A stretch of 64,000 nucleotides of DNA from Candidatus Latescibacterota bacterium. GTDB taxonomy: Bacteria; Latescibacterota; UBA2968; GCA-2709665. Positions 36,382 through 46,792 of this stretch are shown here, in pieces. The stretch is taken from the NCBI GenBank assembly GCA_965226795.1, contig CBDDDZ010000004.1:128001-192000 (forward strand). The letters run 5' to 3'. The translations under genes were made by a program, and so were the position numbers. Position 1 is the first letter of the stretch, and every line of letters starts with the position of its first letter. The notes below the pieces were generated by a model that was not told where the DNA came from, made no database searches, and saw only the letters and a list, made by a program, of their open reading frames with translations.

Positions 36382-39300
36382 ATGTCGATAGCAAAATTCT
36401 CGGTCCGGAACCCGGTATTTGTGAACCTGGTCATGGTCGGGCTGTTCTGTTTCGGCGGCATCTGTCTCTTAAGTATGCCGCAGGAATTGAATCCGCAGAT
36501 AGACTTCAACTGGGTGACTATCGCGATCTCGTACCCGGGCGCGAGTCCCGAAGAGGTGGAGAGCCTGATTGTGGACCCGATCGAGGCGGAGATCCACGAT
36601 CTGGACAAGATCGATGAGCTGAAGTCCACGGCTGCCGAGGGGCTGGCCCTGGTCCTCGTCAAGTTCGAAGACATGCCGGAGTCCGAGTTCAGGGAGATTT
36701 ACACCGATCTGAAGGGTCGTATCGACCGGGTGGCGCTTCCGGCGGAAGCTGAGGATCCCGAGATCGACGACTTCGACAGCGGCGATTTTCTCCCGATACT
36801 CACGGTCAACATGGCATTTACGATCCCCGGGGAAAATGCCCAGATTGTCGCCGACGATCTCGAAGAGGACCTGAAGAATATCTCCGGCGTTGCCAAGGTC
36901 CAGATTGCCGGCCTGCCTGAGCGTGAAATATGGGTCGAGGTCGATCCGTCCAGGCTGGCTGCCCGCGGTCTTACGATCCTGGACGTGGTTCGGGCGATGA
37001 AGGCGAGAAATCTGAACGTACCTGGCGGAGTCCTCACGCACGGCGCCAAGGAATACGCGATCCGCTCCCTGGCCGAGTTCCGGAACGTGGACGAGATCCG
37101 CGAGACAATCATCCGGGCTACACCGGGCGGGGACGCCTTGAGAATCAGTGACGTCGCGAGGGTCCGGGATCGCCGCGAAGAGCCCGAAGTCCTCTCTCGA
37201 TTGAACGGCAACCCGTCCATCACGTTTTCTCTGTCGAAGAAGAGCGACGCGAACACAAACGACGTGATCCTCGCGGTCAAGGAAACCGTCGGCCACTATG
37301 AGCGCCGGGTACCGGACGGGATCAGCTTCAGCTTTACCGACGACAACTCCGTCTACATCAACCGCGTGATCAACGCGCTTCGGAACAACGCGATCACCGG
37401 GATGATACTTATCTCGCTCGTGCTCTGGCTCTTCCTGGGATCCTGGAACGCCTTTCTGGTAACGCTTGGGATACCCATCTCGTTCTTCATTACCTTCATC
37501 CTGCTGAGCGTTTTCGGTTACACAATAAACGGGAGCACGCTGTTCGCAATGGTGATGGTGTTGGGCATCATCGTGGATGACGCCATCATCGTGATCGAGA
37601 ACTGTCACCGTTACCGGCTGCAGGGCCGCAGCGCCGGCGAATCCGCGATCCTCGGGACGGGCGAAGTGACAACGCCGATCCTCAGTTCGGTCGGCACCAA
37701 CATCGCGGCCTTCCTCCCGTTGATCCTCCTGCCGGGCGTGATGGGCAAGTTCATGCGCATCATCCCGCTGACCTTCGCCCTGGCACTGGCCGCATCCGTG
37801 TTCGAAGCTTTCGTTCTGCTGCCTTCCCACTACGCGGAATGGACGAGGCGTTCCAATGCCCACAAACGGGGTGAACAGCCGTTCTTCAAGAGACTTCGAA
37901 GGATCTACGGGCGTCTGCTGATACGCACGCTGCGTCGGCGCTACTGGGTCATCGGATGTCTTGTCGTTGTGCTGATCGGGGCTGTGATGCTCATTCCGCT
38001 TCTCGGGGTGGATTTTTATTCCGACGAGGAATTCGACGCTTTCAAGGTACTCATCAAGTTCCCCGAAGGGACGAGCCTGTACGAGTCGGATCGCGTCACC
38101 CGCGCCTACGAGGCCGAGGCGCGGGGGCTTTCCGATGAGGATATCGAGGCCGTGGTCACGAACGTCGGCCTCCTTCAGAGCAACAACGAGTGGCTGACCC
38201 GGAAGAGCGTCTCCCAGGTCCTCGTACAACTGAAGCCCAGGGAGGAGCGAGTGAGGATGTCGGACGATCTGATCGCCATGCTCCGGGAGCGCACGGAACA
38301 CATCGCCGGAGCCACATCGGTCAACTTTGAGAAATTTACCGGCGGACCGCCTGTGGGCAAGCCGATCTCGGTGAAGGTTCAGGGTCGTTATCTCGAACGG
38401 TTGAAGGCAGCGGCGCTTGTGCTGCAGGATTCGTTACGCCGCATTCCCGGCGCGCTCGAGGTGACCGACGACTTCCCGCCCGGCAAGGAGGCGATCCGGA
38501 TCGAAGTGGACGAAGTGCGCGCGGCCCTTTACGGATTCTCGGCGCAGGAGGTGGCTCTCAACGTTCGATACGCGTTCGACGGCGTCGAGGCGACGAAATT
38601 CCGGGACGGAGACGAAGAGGTGGGCGTCATCGTGCAGTACGACCAGGCCAAACGGTCGACCGTGGACGACGTATTGAACGTGCAGGTAACGAACGCAGGC
38701 GGGAGCACGGTCGCACTGCGGGACATGGTCTCCTTCTCGATCGGTCCCGGACACACGGAGATTAGCCGCTTCGACCGGAAGCGGACCATCATGGTCACCG
38801 GGGAGATCGACGAAGACACAACGACGGTGGATCAAATCAGCGACAGACTGCTTGAGATCTTTCCGTCGATCGAAGCTCAGTTTTCCGGCGTAAACTTCGA
38901 GATCGGGGGCGAGTTTACGGATTTCATGGAAGCGTTCGAAGATATCGCGTCACTGTTCGCCATCAGCCTGATTCTGATGTTTGTGATCCTCGGAACGCAG
39001 TTCAACTCGTACGCTCAGCCGCTGGTCATCCTGACTGCCGTACCGTTCGCGATCATCGGCGCGTCACTCGGCTTGTTGATTTCAGGTAATCCGTTCAGCT
39101 TGATTTCGCTCTTCGGTTTCGTCGCCCTGGCGGGAATCGTCGTAAACGACGCCATTGTGATGGTCGCTTTCATTAACAGACGGAGACAGACCGGCGGGTC
39201 CGTGACGAACATCTGGCGGAGCATCGTGAACGCGGGGCGTTTGCGACTGCGACCGATCATTCTGACTTCGGTAACAACGATATCCGGCCTGATGCCGATG

Positions 39301-39504
39301 GCGGTCGGCATCGGAGGAAAGTCGGCCCTCTGGTCCCCGCTGGCGAACGTGATCCTTTTTGGATTGCTCGTCTCCACCGTCCTGACGTTATTTGTCATTC
39401 CCTGTTTCATGGCGGTCCTGGATGATATCAAACGGGAGCGGAAAAAGGCGCAGCGAGATTCGATGCGGAGGGTCGGAAGAGGGCGCCTCTTTCCGAGTAC
39501 CTGA
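36382..39504 (+). CDS. RND efflux permease (AcrB/AcrD/AcrF family)
   Basis: YPGASPEEVE, GIIVDDAIIVIEN, GIVVNDAI, RLRPIILTS. Confidence 0.95.
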   Translation: MSIAKFSVRNPVFVNLVMVGLFCFGGICLLSMPQELNPQIDFNWVTIAISYPGASPEEVESLIVDPIEAEIHDLDKIDELKSTAAEGLALVLVKFEDMPESEFREIYTDLKGRIDRVALPAEAEDPEIDDFDSGDFLPILTVNMAFTIPGENAQIVADDLEEDLKNISGVAKVQIAGLPEREIWVEVDPSRLAARGLTILDVVRAMKARNLNVPGGVLTHGAKEYAIRSLAEFRNVDEIRETIIRATPGGDALRISDVARVRDRREEPEVLSRLNGNPSITFSLSKKSDANTNDVILAVKETVGHYERRVPDGISFSFTDDNSVYINRVINALRNNAITGMILISLVLWLFLGSWNAFLVTLGIPISFFITFILLSVFGYTINGSTLFAMVMVLGIIVDDAIIVIENCHRYRLQGRSAGESAILGTGEVTTPILSSVGTNIAAFLPLILLPGVMGKFMRIIPLTFALALAASVFEAFVLLPSHYAEWTRRSNAHKRGEQPFFKRLRRIYGRLLIRTLRRRYWVIGCLVVVLIGAVMLIPLLGVDFYSDEEFDAFKVLIKFPEGTSLYESDRVTRAYEAEARGLSDEDIEAVVTNVGLLQSNNEWLTRKSVSQVLVQLKPREERVRMSDDLIAMLRERTEHIAGATSVNFEKFTGGPPVGKPISVKVQGRYLERLKAAALVLQDSLRRIPGALEVTDDFPPGKEAIRIEVDEVRAALYGFSAQEVALNVRYAFDGVEATKFRDGDEEVGVIVQYDQAKRSTVDDVLNVQVTNAGGSTVALRDMVSFSIGPGHTEISRFDRKRTIMVTGEIDEDTTTVDQISDRLLEIFPSIEAQFSGVNFEIGGEFTDFMEAFEDIASLFAISLILMFVILGTQFNSYAQPLVILTAVPFAIIGASLGLLISGNPFSLISLFGFVALAGIVVNDAIVMVAFINRRRQTGGSVTNIWRSIVNAGRLRLRPIILTSVTTISGLMPMAVGIGGKSALWSPLANVILFGLLVSTVLTLFVIPCFMAVLDDIKRERKKAQRDSMRRVGRGRLFPST

Positions 39505-39618
39505 GGATTACTCACGGTCTGGCGGACATTCAAAGGCAGAACAAGGAGGCAAATTCCAGGCGAAATTAGATTCTCCTCGAATCGGCACGTCGGTCCGAAC
39601 GGTACACTCGCGTGTTAG

Positions 39619-39778
39619 CAGTCCGTTGATAAAGTCGCTCTGCAGGCGAGGCCGAGTCATTGTGGCCGAAGACAAGGCGCGCGACCGCGTCGAATCGGGG
39701 GATTCGGGGAGGGAGTGCAACGCAGTAATTCGGCCACAAGGGCCGGACGCAGCCCGGATGGACTTTTTCAACGGGCTG
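39619..39778. mobile_element. 160-bp MITE with IS5-like ends
   Basis: 18-bp terminal IRs CAGTCCGTTGATAAAGTC / GACTTTTTCAACGGGCTG (2 mismatches), flanks TTAG and TTAA, internal 11-bp IR TTGTGGCCGAA/TTCGGCCACAA. Confidence 0.75.
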
Positions 39779-39985
39779 TTAAGCCCGGAGAAACACGGAA
39801 CTATTCCTGAGCTGATAAATCATAGAACAACGCCGCCAATTGAGTTGGAGCGACACGAGCAATGCGCCATGTTGGGAGTTTGTTGCTGTCCTGGCGGAGC
39901 GTAACGCCCGCAAACGACAGGATAAGGAAGTTCCCATTGAGGTAGCGTCTACAATGTGACGCACGGACGAAGACAGGAGGTCCCT

Positions 39986-40828
39986 ATGAATGAACACGAT
40001 TCCATACTAACGATCCGTTTCGATGGCACTGGAGTTGGTCCGGGGAAAATTCCTGTCTCTCATTTGCTGCGATTTCTTTCCAATTTCAACAAAGTACTTC
40101 ATCGGACCGGCAGAGTGTTGCAGGGCGATGCCGAGAGCTTGCGACGAGGCCAACCGCCTCAGCGCATTACGTCAGAAGTGGAGCTTGAGTTGGTATCTCT
40201 TACGCCGGGAAGCCAAGCAGCGGTATTGGCCTTCGATCGCGTACAGCAGCACCTCAACTTTCCCGGGATGGATTTTGGCCTGCAAATCCTGGAAAGCGCC
40301 ATCGGCGGACTGGAAATGGTCCAGCGGCAAAATGCCAAAAACACATACCCGGCGGGATACGACTCCGGTGTATTGATGGCGTGGCGTGATCTCGGAAAAC
40401 TCTTCAGGCATGGAATCGACAAGATCGAGTTTACGCTGACCCATTCACAGAAGGCTGCCCAGACGTCTTTAACGCCACAGGGCGTTATACAAATCAAAGA
40501 GAGAATCACGGGACCGCAGGTAAACATCCGGGAGATTGAAGGCCGGCTGTTGATGGCAGACTTCAAGGAGGACGGCACGAGGTTCCGTGTGCAGAGGTTG
40601 GATGACCTGCAAAACGAAGCCACCGACTTACTGCCTCGAGGGACGCCAATTTCACAATCATTTTGGAAATCGCCAACAATCCAGGAGTTGGCGCGTTCGC
40701 AGAATGTGCAGCCAATGGCGAACGTCAGGACGCTGTTTGGAACCTGGCCGGATGAGGAAAACGACGGTTTCGAGGCTGCAATTGACCAACTGCGACAACG
40801 TGGCGGTGAGACAGGTCCTCGGCCATGA
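39986..40828 (+). CDS. Hypothetical protein coupled to a PIN gene (possible large antitoxin)
   Basis: AGGAGG RBS; ATGA overlap with the downstream PIN fragment. Confidence 0.6.
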   Translation: MNEHDSILTIRFDGTGVGPGKIPVSHLLRFLSNFNKVLHRTGRVLQGDAESLRRGQPPQRITSEVELELVSLTPGSQAAVLAFDRVQQHLNFPGMDFGLQILESAIGGLEMVQRQNAKNTYPAGYDSGVLMAWRDLGKLFRHGIDKIEFTLTHSQKAAQTSLTPQGVIQIKERITGPQVNIREIEGRLLMADFKEDGTRFRVQRLDDLQNEATDLLPRGTPISQSFWKSPTIQELARSQNVQPMANVRTLFGTWPDEENDGFEAAIDQLRQRGGETGPRP

Positions 40829-40989
40829 GCGAATCACGGGTCATCCTCGACACGAATATAGTTTCATATCTGATGAAAGGCGGCAAGCTTGCTGCGGCGT
40901 ATGAGCCACATCTCCGGAGTCGTTTACTCGTAATCACTTTTGTCACCGTCGGCGAGCTTTACTTCGGAGCGGAGAAACAAGGCTTATGA
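40825..40989 (+). pseudogene. Truncated PIN/VapC toxin (54 aa)
   Basis: VILDTNIVSYL...TFVTVGELYFGAEK then stop; the C-terminal acidic motifs are missing. Confidence 0.8.
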
Positions 40990-41000
40990 TCGGCCAAACT

Positions 41001-41125
41001 TTCATTCTGAGCGCAGTCGAAGATCGCATACCGAAGCGTGGTCATTGAGCTTGTCGAAATGCCCGCGCTTCGCTACCCTGCGCCGACCCTTCGACAAGCT
41101 CAGGGAGCGGCTCAGGGTGCAAGCG
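41001..41125. repeat. Cluster of CTTCGAC(N)GCTCAG REP-like units in both orientations
   Basis: CTGAGCGCAGTCGAAG at 41007, TTGAGCTTGTCGAAA at 41045, CCCTTCGACAAGCTCAGGG at 41087. Confidence 0.75.
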
Positions 41126-41378
41126 CACATCCGTAGATGCCGCCGCTTGAAGAGGGAGCGGAGGTGCTGCCTGGCAGGTTGGACTCAGTGACAGACGTTC
41201 GGTATCATCCCACGCGAGCAGAAGATGCTGTCGTCAGCCTGACGGCGTCCTCAGCATGACAGTGCGTGCGCACGTCTGACGGACGCATTTCGCTGATGTT
41301 TCGGCGGCGCATAGTAGAGTCCTACAGTTTCGGTTGCGGCTGAGCATAGCGATGCCGCGCTACGTAAAGGAGGATTGA

Positions 41379-42263
41379 ATGCCACTGACGGAAGCGGAAT
41401 TGAAACAATACGAGGAGCAGGGCGCCGTCGTTGTCGACAGCCCGCTCACAACCGCGGAACTGGACCGCGCAGAAGCCGCGTGGGACAGGCTGACGGCGAG
41501 CGGCCGGCCCCCCTATGAAGACCCCGACTATATGGAGGTCTTCCAGCATCCCTACTTCGAGGAAGCGGCCAGGAAAGTGCTCCGCGCCGAGAACGTGCAC
41601 CTGTGGTGGGGGCTTTCGCCCCACGGCCGTTTTCCGGCCAAAGCGCCCTTCGCGAGCCCGCGCGACCAATGGGCCGGCGGATGCCACACCGACATTCAGG
41701 CCACGTGGGAGGACTTCCAGGCGACGCCCCGCAGGATGCGCGCGGAGCTGTGGTTTTGGCTCAACGACGTGCCGGAGAACCGTGGGGCCATGCGCATACT
41801 ACCCGGAAGTCACCGCCCGATTATGGAATACTGGAGCCGCGTCCTGACCCCGGAACACAAAGCAAGGCTGCCCCGCGTCCACGGGGTGCGCCCGGACCCG
41901 CCCGAAAGCGCGCCGGCCTACCCGGAGTACGTTCCCAACCTGGCAGACACACCCTGGCTGGAGCAGAATCCCGTTCCCGCGGTGGCTCGCCGGGGGCAGA
42001 TGCTGATCCTGTGCAGTTCCGGCCTGCACTCGGCGTGGCAGAATGAGGACACGGTGCCCCGAAAGGCGATGCTTTCGGCCTGGGTCGCCTCCGGCGTTAC
42101 ATGCGGACTCCCGAAAGGTCAGCGCGACGGGTTGATGGATTTCTTCCCGCGGCTGCGCCGGAAACTACGCCCGGAGCGGGCGCATATCGTACCGGAGGAC
42201 TTTGATTGGCTTTTCGAGAGCAACTACGAACCGAAGTGGCCTGAGACGTTTATCGGGACATAG
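41379..42263 (+). CDS. Phytanoyl-CoA dioxygenase (PhyH) family Fe(II)/2OG enzyme
   Basis: CHTD (HxD), WLNDV..NRGAMRILPGSH, distal GLHSA. Confidence 0.85.
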   Translation: MPLTEAELKQYEEQGAVVVDSPLTTAELDRAEAAWDRLTASGRPPYEDPDYMEVFQHPYFEEAARKVLRAENVHLWWGLSPHGRFPAKAPFASPRDQWAGGCHTDIQATWEDFQATPRRMRAELWFWLNDVPENRGAMRILPGSHRPIMEYWSRVLTPEHKARLPRVHGVRPDPPESAPAYPEYVPNLADTPWLEQNPVPAVARRGQMLILCSSGLHSAWQNEDTVPRKAMLSAWVASGVTCGLPKGQRDGLMDFFPRLRRKLRPERAHIVPEDFDWLFESNYEPKWPETFIGT

Positions 42264-42326
42264 TCCGGCCCTTCCAGAGCTTATTCGCCATACAGTGGAA
42301 ACAGAGAAACACATGGAGGAATTACG

Positions 42327-43553
42327 ATGCAACCGGTCGATCGCGATCGATTCCTGGAAGAGGGCTACCTGGTCGTAAAGGAAGCCATTCCCCGCGAGAA
42401 ACTCCAGGGTGTTCGGAGGGCCTACGAAACGCTCGCGAACCAGCAGCGCGAACATTGGAGGGCCATGAGAAACGAGGGCGACCCGCCAGGAGGCGAGTGG
42501 GAGACGAGTCCGCAACCCCGCCTGATGCTCCAGCGGCCGCCGCTGGTCCACGGGATCAACGAGGAGACTGCGCCCGCAGTGGAGGTGTGGCTGGAACCGG
42601 ACATCCGGGGAATCAGCTCCCGGCTTCTGGGTGTTGCCGACGCGGCGGTAACCGAAATGATGATGATGTGCAGCCCGGTGCGCGACCACGGCCCCGCGAA
42701 GTGGCATCGCGACCACCACCCCATCGACACGGCCCCCCTTCAGGGGTATATCGACGACATCCTCGAAGGGGGACCCCGTTACGTTCAGTGGAACATACCG
42801 CTTTACGACGACAACGTACTGTGGGTAGTACCGGGCAGCCACGTACGGTTAAACACGAAAGAGGAAAACGAGTTGTTGCTGGCCGACCCATGCCAGCCTC
42901 TGCCGAACGGCGTCCAGACCCACCTTGAAGCGGGTGACGGTGTCGTCTACATTCTCCCGATTCTCCACTGGGGCAGCAACTACAGCCCCCGGTTCAGGCG
43001 AACCATTCACGGCGGGTTTTCCACGCACACTTCGATTGACGATCTTTCTTTCGTGGAAAAGCTTCCGCCCGAGGCCGCAGCCGCATTCGTGCGCTGGATT
43101 GACAGCAACCGGAAAATGCAGGGGCATACGGAAGATGCGCTGAGAGCGGTTATCCGAGGCGACGGCGCGGCTTACAAAGAGGCGCTGAATCGGCTTCATC
43201 CGGACAGAGGCGAAAAGGGAGAGTTACTCTCCACCGTCTTCCTGTGCAAGGCCGTATTGGCGATCCGGCTTGCGAAGCATCCCCCGTATCCCGATGTTCC
43301 GGAAGACCTCTCCCGCCGACTGCGGGGCGGGGGACATCCGATCACGCTCAACTGGGGTTCCGATTTCACCGAGCGATTCAACGCACCCGATGCGGAGACG
43401 CTGTGGAGACGATTCGAACCGCTGGACAAGCTGCTCCAATCGCAGGCGGAGCATTTCGTACCCGGGTTTCAATCAGGACCGATGCGGTACCACTTCAACG
43501 AGATGCCGGGAGATTATTCCACTTCAGATTTCATCGCGGGATGGGCCTTGTAG
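42327..43553 (+). CDS. PhyH family dioxygenase with C-terminal extension
   Basis: FLEEGYLVV, WHRD, LWVVPGSH, AGDGVV...ILHWG. Confidence 0.85.
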   Translation: MQPVDRDRFLEEGYLVVKEAIPREKLQGVRRAYETLANQQREHWRAMRNEGDPPGGEWETSPQPRLMLQRPPLVHGINEETAPAVEVWLEPDIRGISSRLLGVADAAVTEMMMMCSPVRDHGPAKWHRDHHPIDTAPLQGYIDDILEGGPRYVQWNIPLYDDNVLWVVPGSHVRLNTKEENELLLADPCQPLPNGVQTHLEAGDGVVYILPILHWGSNYSPRFRRTIHGGFSTHTSIDDLSFVEKLPPEAAAAFVRWIDSNRKMQGHTEDALRAVIRGDGAAYKEALNRLHPDRGEKGELLSTVFLCKAVLAIRLAKHPPYPDVPEDLSRRLRGGGHPITLNWGSDFTERFNAPDAETLWRRFEPLDKLLQSQAEHFVPGFQSGPMRYHFNEMPGDYSTSDFIAGWAL

Positions 43554-43608
43554 CACGTGCCGTAGATGGATAACAGGACCGACCTCCGGCGGCCACGTCT
43601 CACCCGGA

Positions 43609-46524
43609 CTAAAATACGAAAATGTCCTCAAGACCGACCTCGCTGACGGCGCCGTATTTCCCCAGCGCCTCGAGGTCAATCTTGTTTTTGTCGCCGACTA
43701 TGGAGATGAGTTTGACCCTGTTCTTCAGGTTCTGCCCGTAGAACTTGAGCATGTCATCCATTTCGACGACCTGGATTTTCTCGAACCGGGACTTCCGGGG
43801 ATCTACGGGAACGCCCAGACGTTCCCAGGAGCGTACGGAACCCAGTATCTGTCGAAAGCTGATTTTGTTGGTGCGATACCTGTTGAGAATCGAGGTGCGG
43901 GCTTCTTCGAATCTCTCGGGCGAAACCGGGATGTTGTCCATCAGATCCATGAATGCCTCGACGGCTTCCACGGTTTTGTCGGGCTGGCACGCGACCGAGC
44001 CCGCCATGAGGTTCTGGTCTCCTTTCCGATCGCCGTTGAAGTATCGTGCCCAGGCCGAATAGGCCAGCGCACGGGCTTCTCGCAGTTCCTGGAATACGAT
44101 GCCGCTCATCCCGCCACCGAAATAGCTGTTGTAGAGTTCCGTATCGGGAACGGAAGCCTCGTCGTAATCCATATCGCCGAACTCAATGTAGACAAGCGCC
44201 TGAGCGAGCGATTTGTCAAAGAAGCGGATTTCGGTCTTTTCGGGAGTCCGCGCCTTATAGAACCGATATGGTGGGGGATCCTCGAGTTCACCCGATGCCG
44301 GATGGTGTTTTTTCAAGGTCGTCAGGACCTGTTCAAGGGGAAGGGAACCGGTATACGCGATCGTGTGTTTGTATTTGAAGAGGCGGCGGACCAGTGCGTG
44401 AAGTTCGGCTACGGTGGACTGCCCCAAGGCTTCGTTTGGCAACATGCGCAGGTAACGGGACTCTTTACCGTATCGGTTGAATAGAACAACACCGCCCTGT
44501 ATGGTGCGGTGATTTTTTTTCGTGTCTTCACGTTCTGCAAGTACGATTTTCGTAAGTTCGTCAAGGGTTGCGTTGTCAGCAGAGGGGTTATTGACAAGTT
44601 CCTCCATCAGGGTAAGCGAAGCGTCCAGGTTTTCATCGAGTCCGGAGACGGTCACGGTGGTTTCGTTGTTGCCCGCCGACAGGGAGAATTCAGTACCGAG
44701 CTTGTACCACTCCTTCTTGAGGGCTTCGGCGGTGTGACGTCTGGTCCCGGACTTGTCGAGCAACCGGGCGGCAATCCCCATCTTGTTGTTCTGGTTGTTA
44801 CCCAACTCCACGGTGATACTGAGAGTGAAGAGATCGTTGATGGGATTCCGGGAATAGTAGAGTCGGACGCCGTGGTGGTAATCCACGATCCGGTAGTCGC
44901 TGGTCGGATCCACGAATGTCGGTTCGATTTCTTCTGCCGGCATGGCCAGCACACTCTTGGCGAAAACGGACTGCCGGCTGGCGTCGATGTCGATTTTGTC
45001 GATCCGGGGTTTCTGAATCTTGGGAATTTCGTGTTGTTCATCGACGCGGTAGCCGGCAACATATTTGTCCGCGAAATATTTCCGTGCGACGCGGATGACG
45101 TCGTCTCTGGTGACGCGTTCCAGGCGGGTGATCTCACCCGCAGAATGGCGCCAGTCCTGGTATGAAAGAAACGAATTCCGCATCCGGCGCACGCGGGCGT
45201 CATCCGATTCCATTTCCCTCTTTTCGTTCTTTTTGAAGTCGGTGACAATGGCCGGAAGAATCCATTCTTCGAACCTGCCGGCCTTGACAATTTCAAGCTG
45301 TTCGAGCAGCAACTGTTCCAGTTGTTCCAGCGTCTGGTCTTTTTTCGGAACACCCCAGAGATACTGGGCGCCATGGTCGTTGTACAGCGTGGGGTACGAT
45401 CCGGACCGCCGGACCTTCTGTCTCTGGTTGAGGTTGAGGTTGATCAGTCCGGCGGTGGCGTTGTCCAGGATCATATCCAGGAGTCTGAGCGCGTCCGCGT
45501 CCGCGTGATTCCTGGACGCGGTCCGGAAGGCCAGAAGGACGAATTCTTCACCCTGATATTTGACTTTCGCTCGTTCGACGCCGTTCAGGGGAGCTTCCTT
45601 CCAATCGGGCAGTTGAGGAAGTGTACCTGCACGCCATCCGGAGAAATGCTGGTCGATGAGTTTTATCGTATCGTCGATCCGGATGTCTCCCGATATCACG
45701 ATCGCCATATTGTTCGGCACATAATAAGTATTGTAAAACCAATACATGTTTCTCAGCGACGGATTCTTCAGATGTTCCACCTTTCCGATCGTGGTCTGCT
45801 GACCATAGGGATGTTCCTTGTAAAGCAGATCGGCAACGGCGTAACGGATTACCCGGTCTTTGTTGTCCATAGACCGGTTTTTTTCTTCGTAGACGGTCTC
45901 GAGTTCGGACTGAAAGAGCCGAAAGACGGCGTTCTGAAAGCGTTCGGACTCGATTGCGGCCCAATGACGCAGCCGGTTGGCGGGCAGATTGATTCTGTAG
46001 ACGGTCTCTTCGTGCCAGGTATGCGCGTTTAGCCCGGTGCCGCCCATGGTCTTGTAGAGTTTGTCGATTTCGTTTGGAATGGCGTATGCCGCCGCAAGCT
46101 GGGTCTCGCTGTTGATCTCGGCGTAGATGGCCTTTCGCTTTTCCGGATCGGTTTCGTTGAAATGTTCCTCATAGAGCCGGGTGATGCGGTCCAAATGCGC
46201 GTTTTCTTTTTCGAAATCCAGGGAGCCGATGCTTTCCGTGCCCTTGAACAGCATATGTTCCAGGTAGTGCGCCAGGCCGGTGGATTCGGCCGGATCGTGT
46301 TTGCTGCCCGCACGTACGATTATCTCTGCGTAGAAGCGCGGCGTCTGATGATTCTCGGTGAGATAGACCGTGAGGCCATTGTCCAGCCGGAAAATGTGCA
46401 CGGCCATGGGATCGCCGGAACCCGGTTCGTGAATACGGGTGTACCCGCCGTCCGCGCTGGAGACGAAGGTGCAGAGAACGGCGAAGAGGAGAAGGGCGGA
46501 CGACACGGATCGCAACCTGTACAT
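43609..46524 (-). CDS. M16 (insulinase) zinc metallopeptidase, secreted
   Basis: Signal peptide, LDNGLTV, GLAHYLEHMLFKGT (HxxEH), ELREARALAYS. Confidence 0.9.
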   Translation of the reverse strand: MYRLRSVSSALLLFAVLCTFVSSADGGYTRIHEPGSGDPMAVHIFRLDNGLTVYLTENHQTPRFYAEIIVRAGSKHDPAESTGLAHYLEHMLFKGTESIGSLDFEKENAHLDRITRLYEEHFNETDPEKRKAIYAEINSETQLAAAYAIPNEIDKLYKTMGGTGLNAHTWHEETVYRINLPANRLRHWAAIESERFQNAVFRLFQSELETVYEEKNRSMDNKDRVIRYAVADLLYKEHPYGQQTTIGKVEHLKNPSLRNMYWFYNTYYVPNNMAIVISGDIRIDDTIKLIDQHFSGWRAGTLPQLPDWKEAPLNGVERAKVKYQGEEFVLLAFRTASRNHADADALRLLDMILDNATAGLINLNLNQRQKVRRSGSYPTLYNDHGAQYLWGVPKKDQTLEQLEQLLLEQLEIVKAGRFEEWILPAIVTDFKKNEKREMESDDARVRRMRNSFLSYQDWRHSAGEITRLERVTRDDVIRVARKYFADKYVAGYRVDEQHEIPKIQKPRIDKIDIDASRQSVFAKSVLAMPAEEIEPTFVDPTSDYRIVDYHHGVRLYYSRNPINDLFTLSITVELGNNQNNKMGIAARLLDKSGTRRHTAEALKKEWYKLGTEFSLSAGNNETTVTVSGLDENLDASLTLMEELVNNPSADNATLDELTKIVLAEREDTKKNHRTIQGGVVLFNRYGKESRYLRMLPNEALGQSTVAELHALVRRLFKYKHTIAYTGSLPLEQVLTTLKKHHPASGELEDPPPYRFYKARTPEKTEIRFFDKSLAQALVYIEFGDMDYDEASVPDTELYNSYFGGGMSGIVFQELREARALAYSAWARYFNGDRKGDQNLMAGSVACQPDKTVEAVEAFMDLMDNIPVSPERFEEARTSILNRYRTNKISFRQILGSVRSWERLGVPVDPRKSRFEKIQVVEMDDMLKFYGQNLKNRVKLISIVGDKNKIDLEALGKYGAVSEVGLEDIFVF

Positions 46525-46792
46525 GAATGAATCTCCCTGTTGTGAATCGGATTTGCCCGGTTGGAAGCGGGTTGGAACGGGTCATGAAAACATCACGGCC
46601 GGCGAAATACCAATATAACAAGAGTCCAGGACGAATTCAATCCCCGACGGCGCTGGCTGCGCCCGCGGCGCACGGCGTACCGTTCCTCTCGAAAGGAAAA
46701 GACGGCCGACGTCTTGTCGGCCGTCCAGTGCTGATTCCGAATGCGGTCGGGTGCGAGGTGCCCAGCGCGCCGCTCGGACCCGAAGCCCTTCT

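Noticed and set aside
46700..46730. 10-bp hairpin GACGGCCGAC/GTCGGCCGTC as a novel RNA
   Set aside because: Adequately explained as a minus-strand terminator-like hairpin after the DegT gene.
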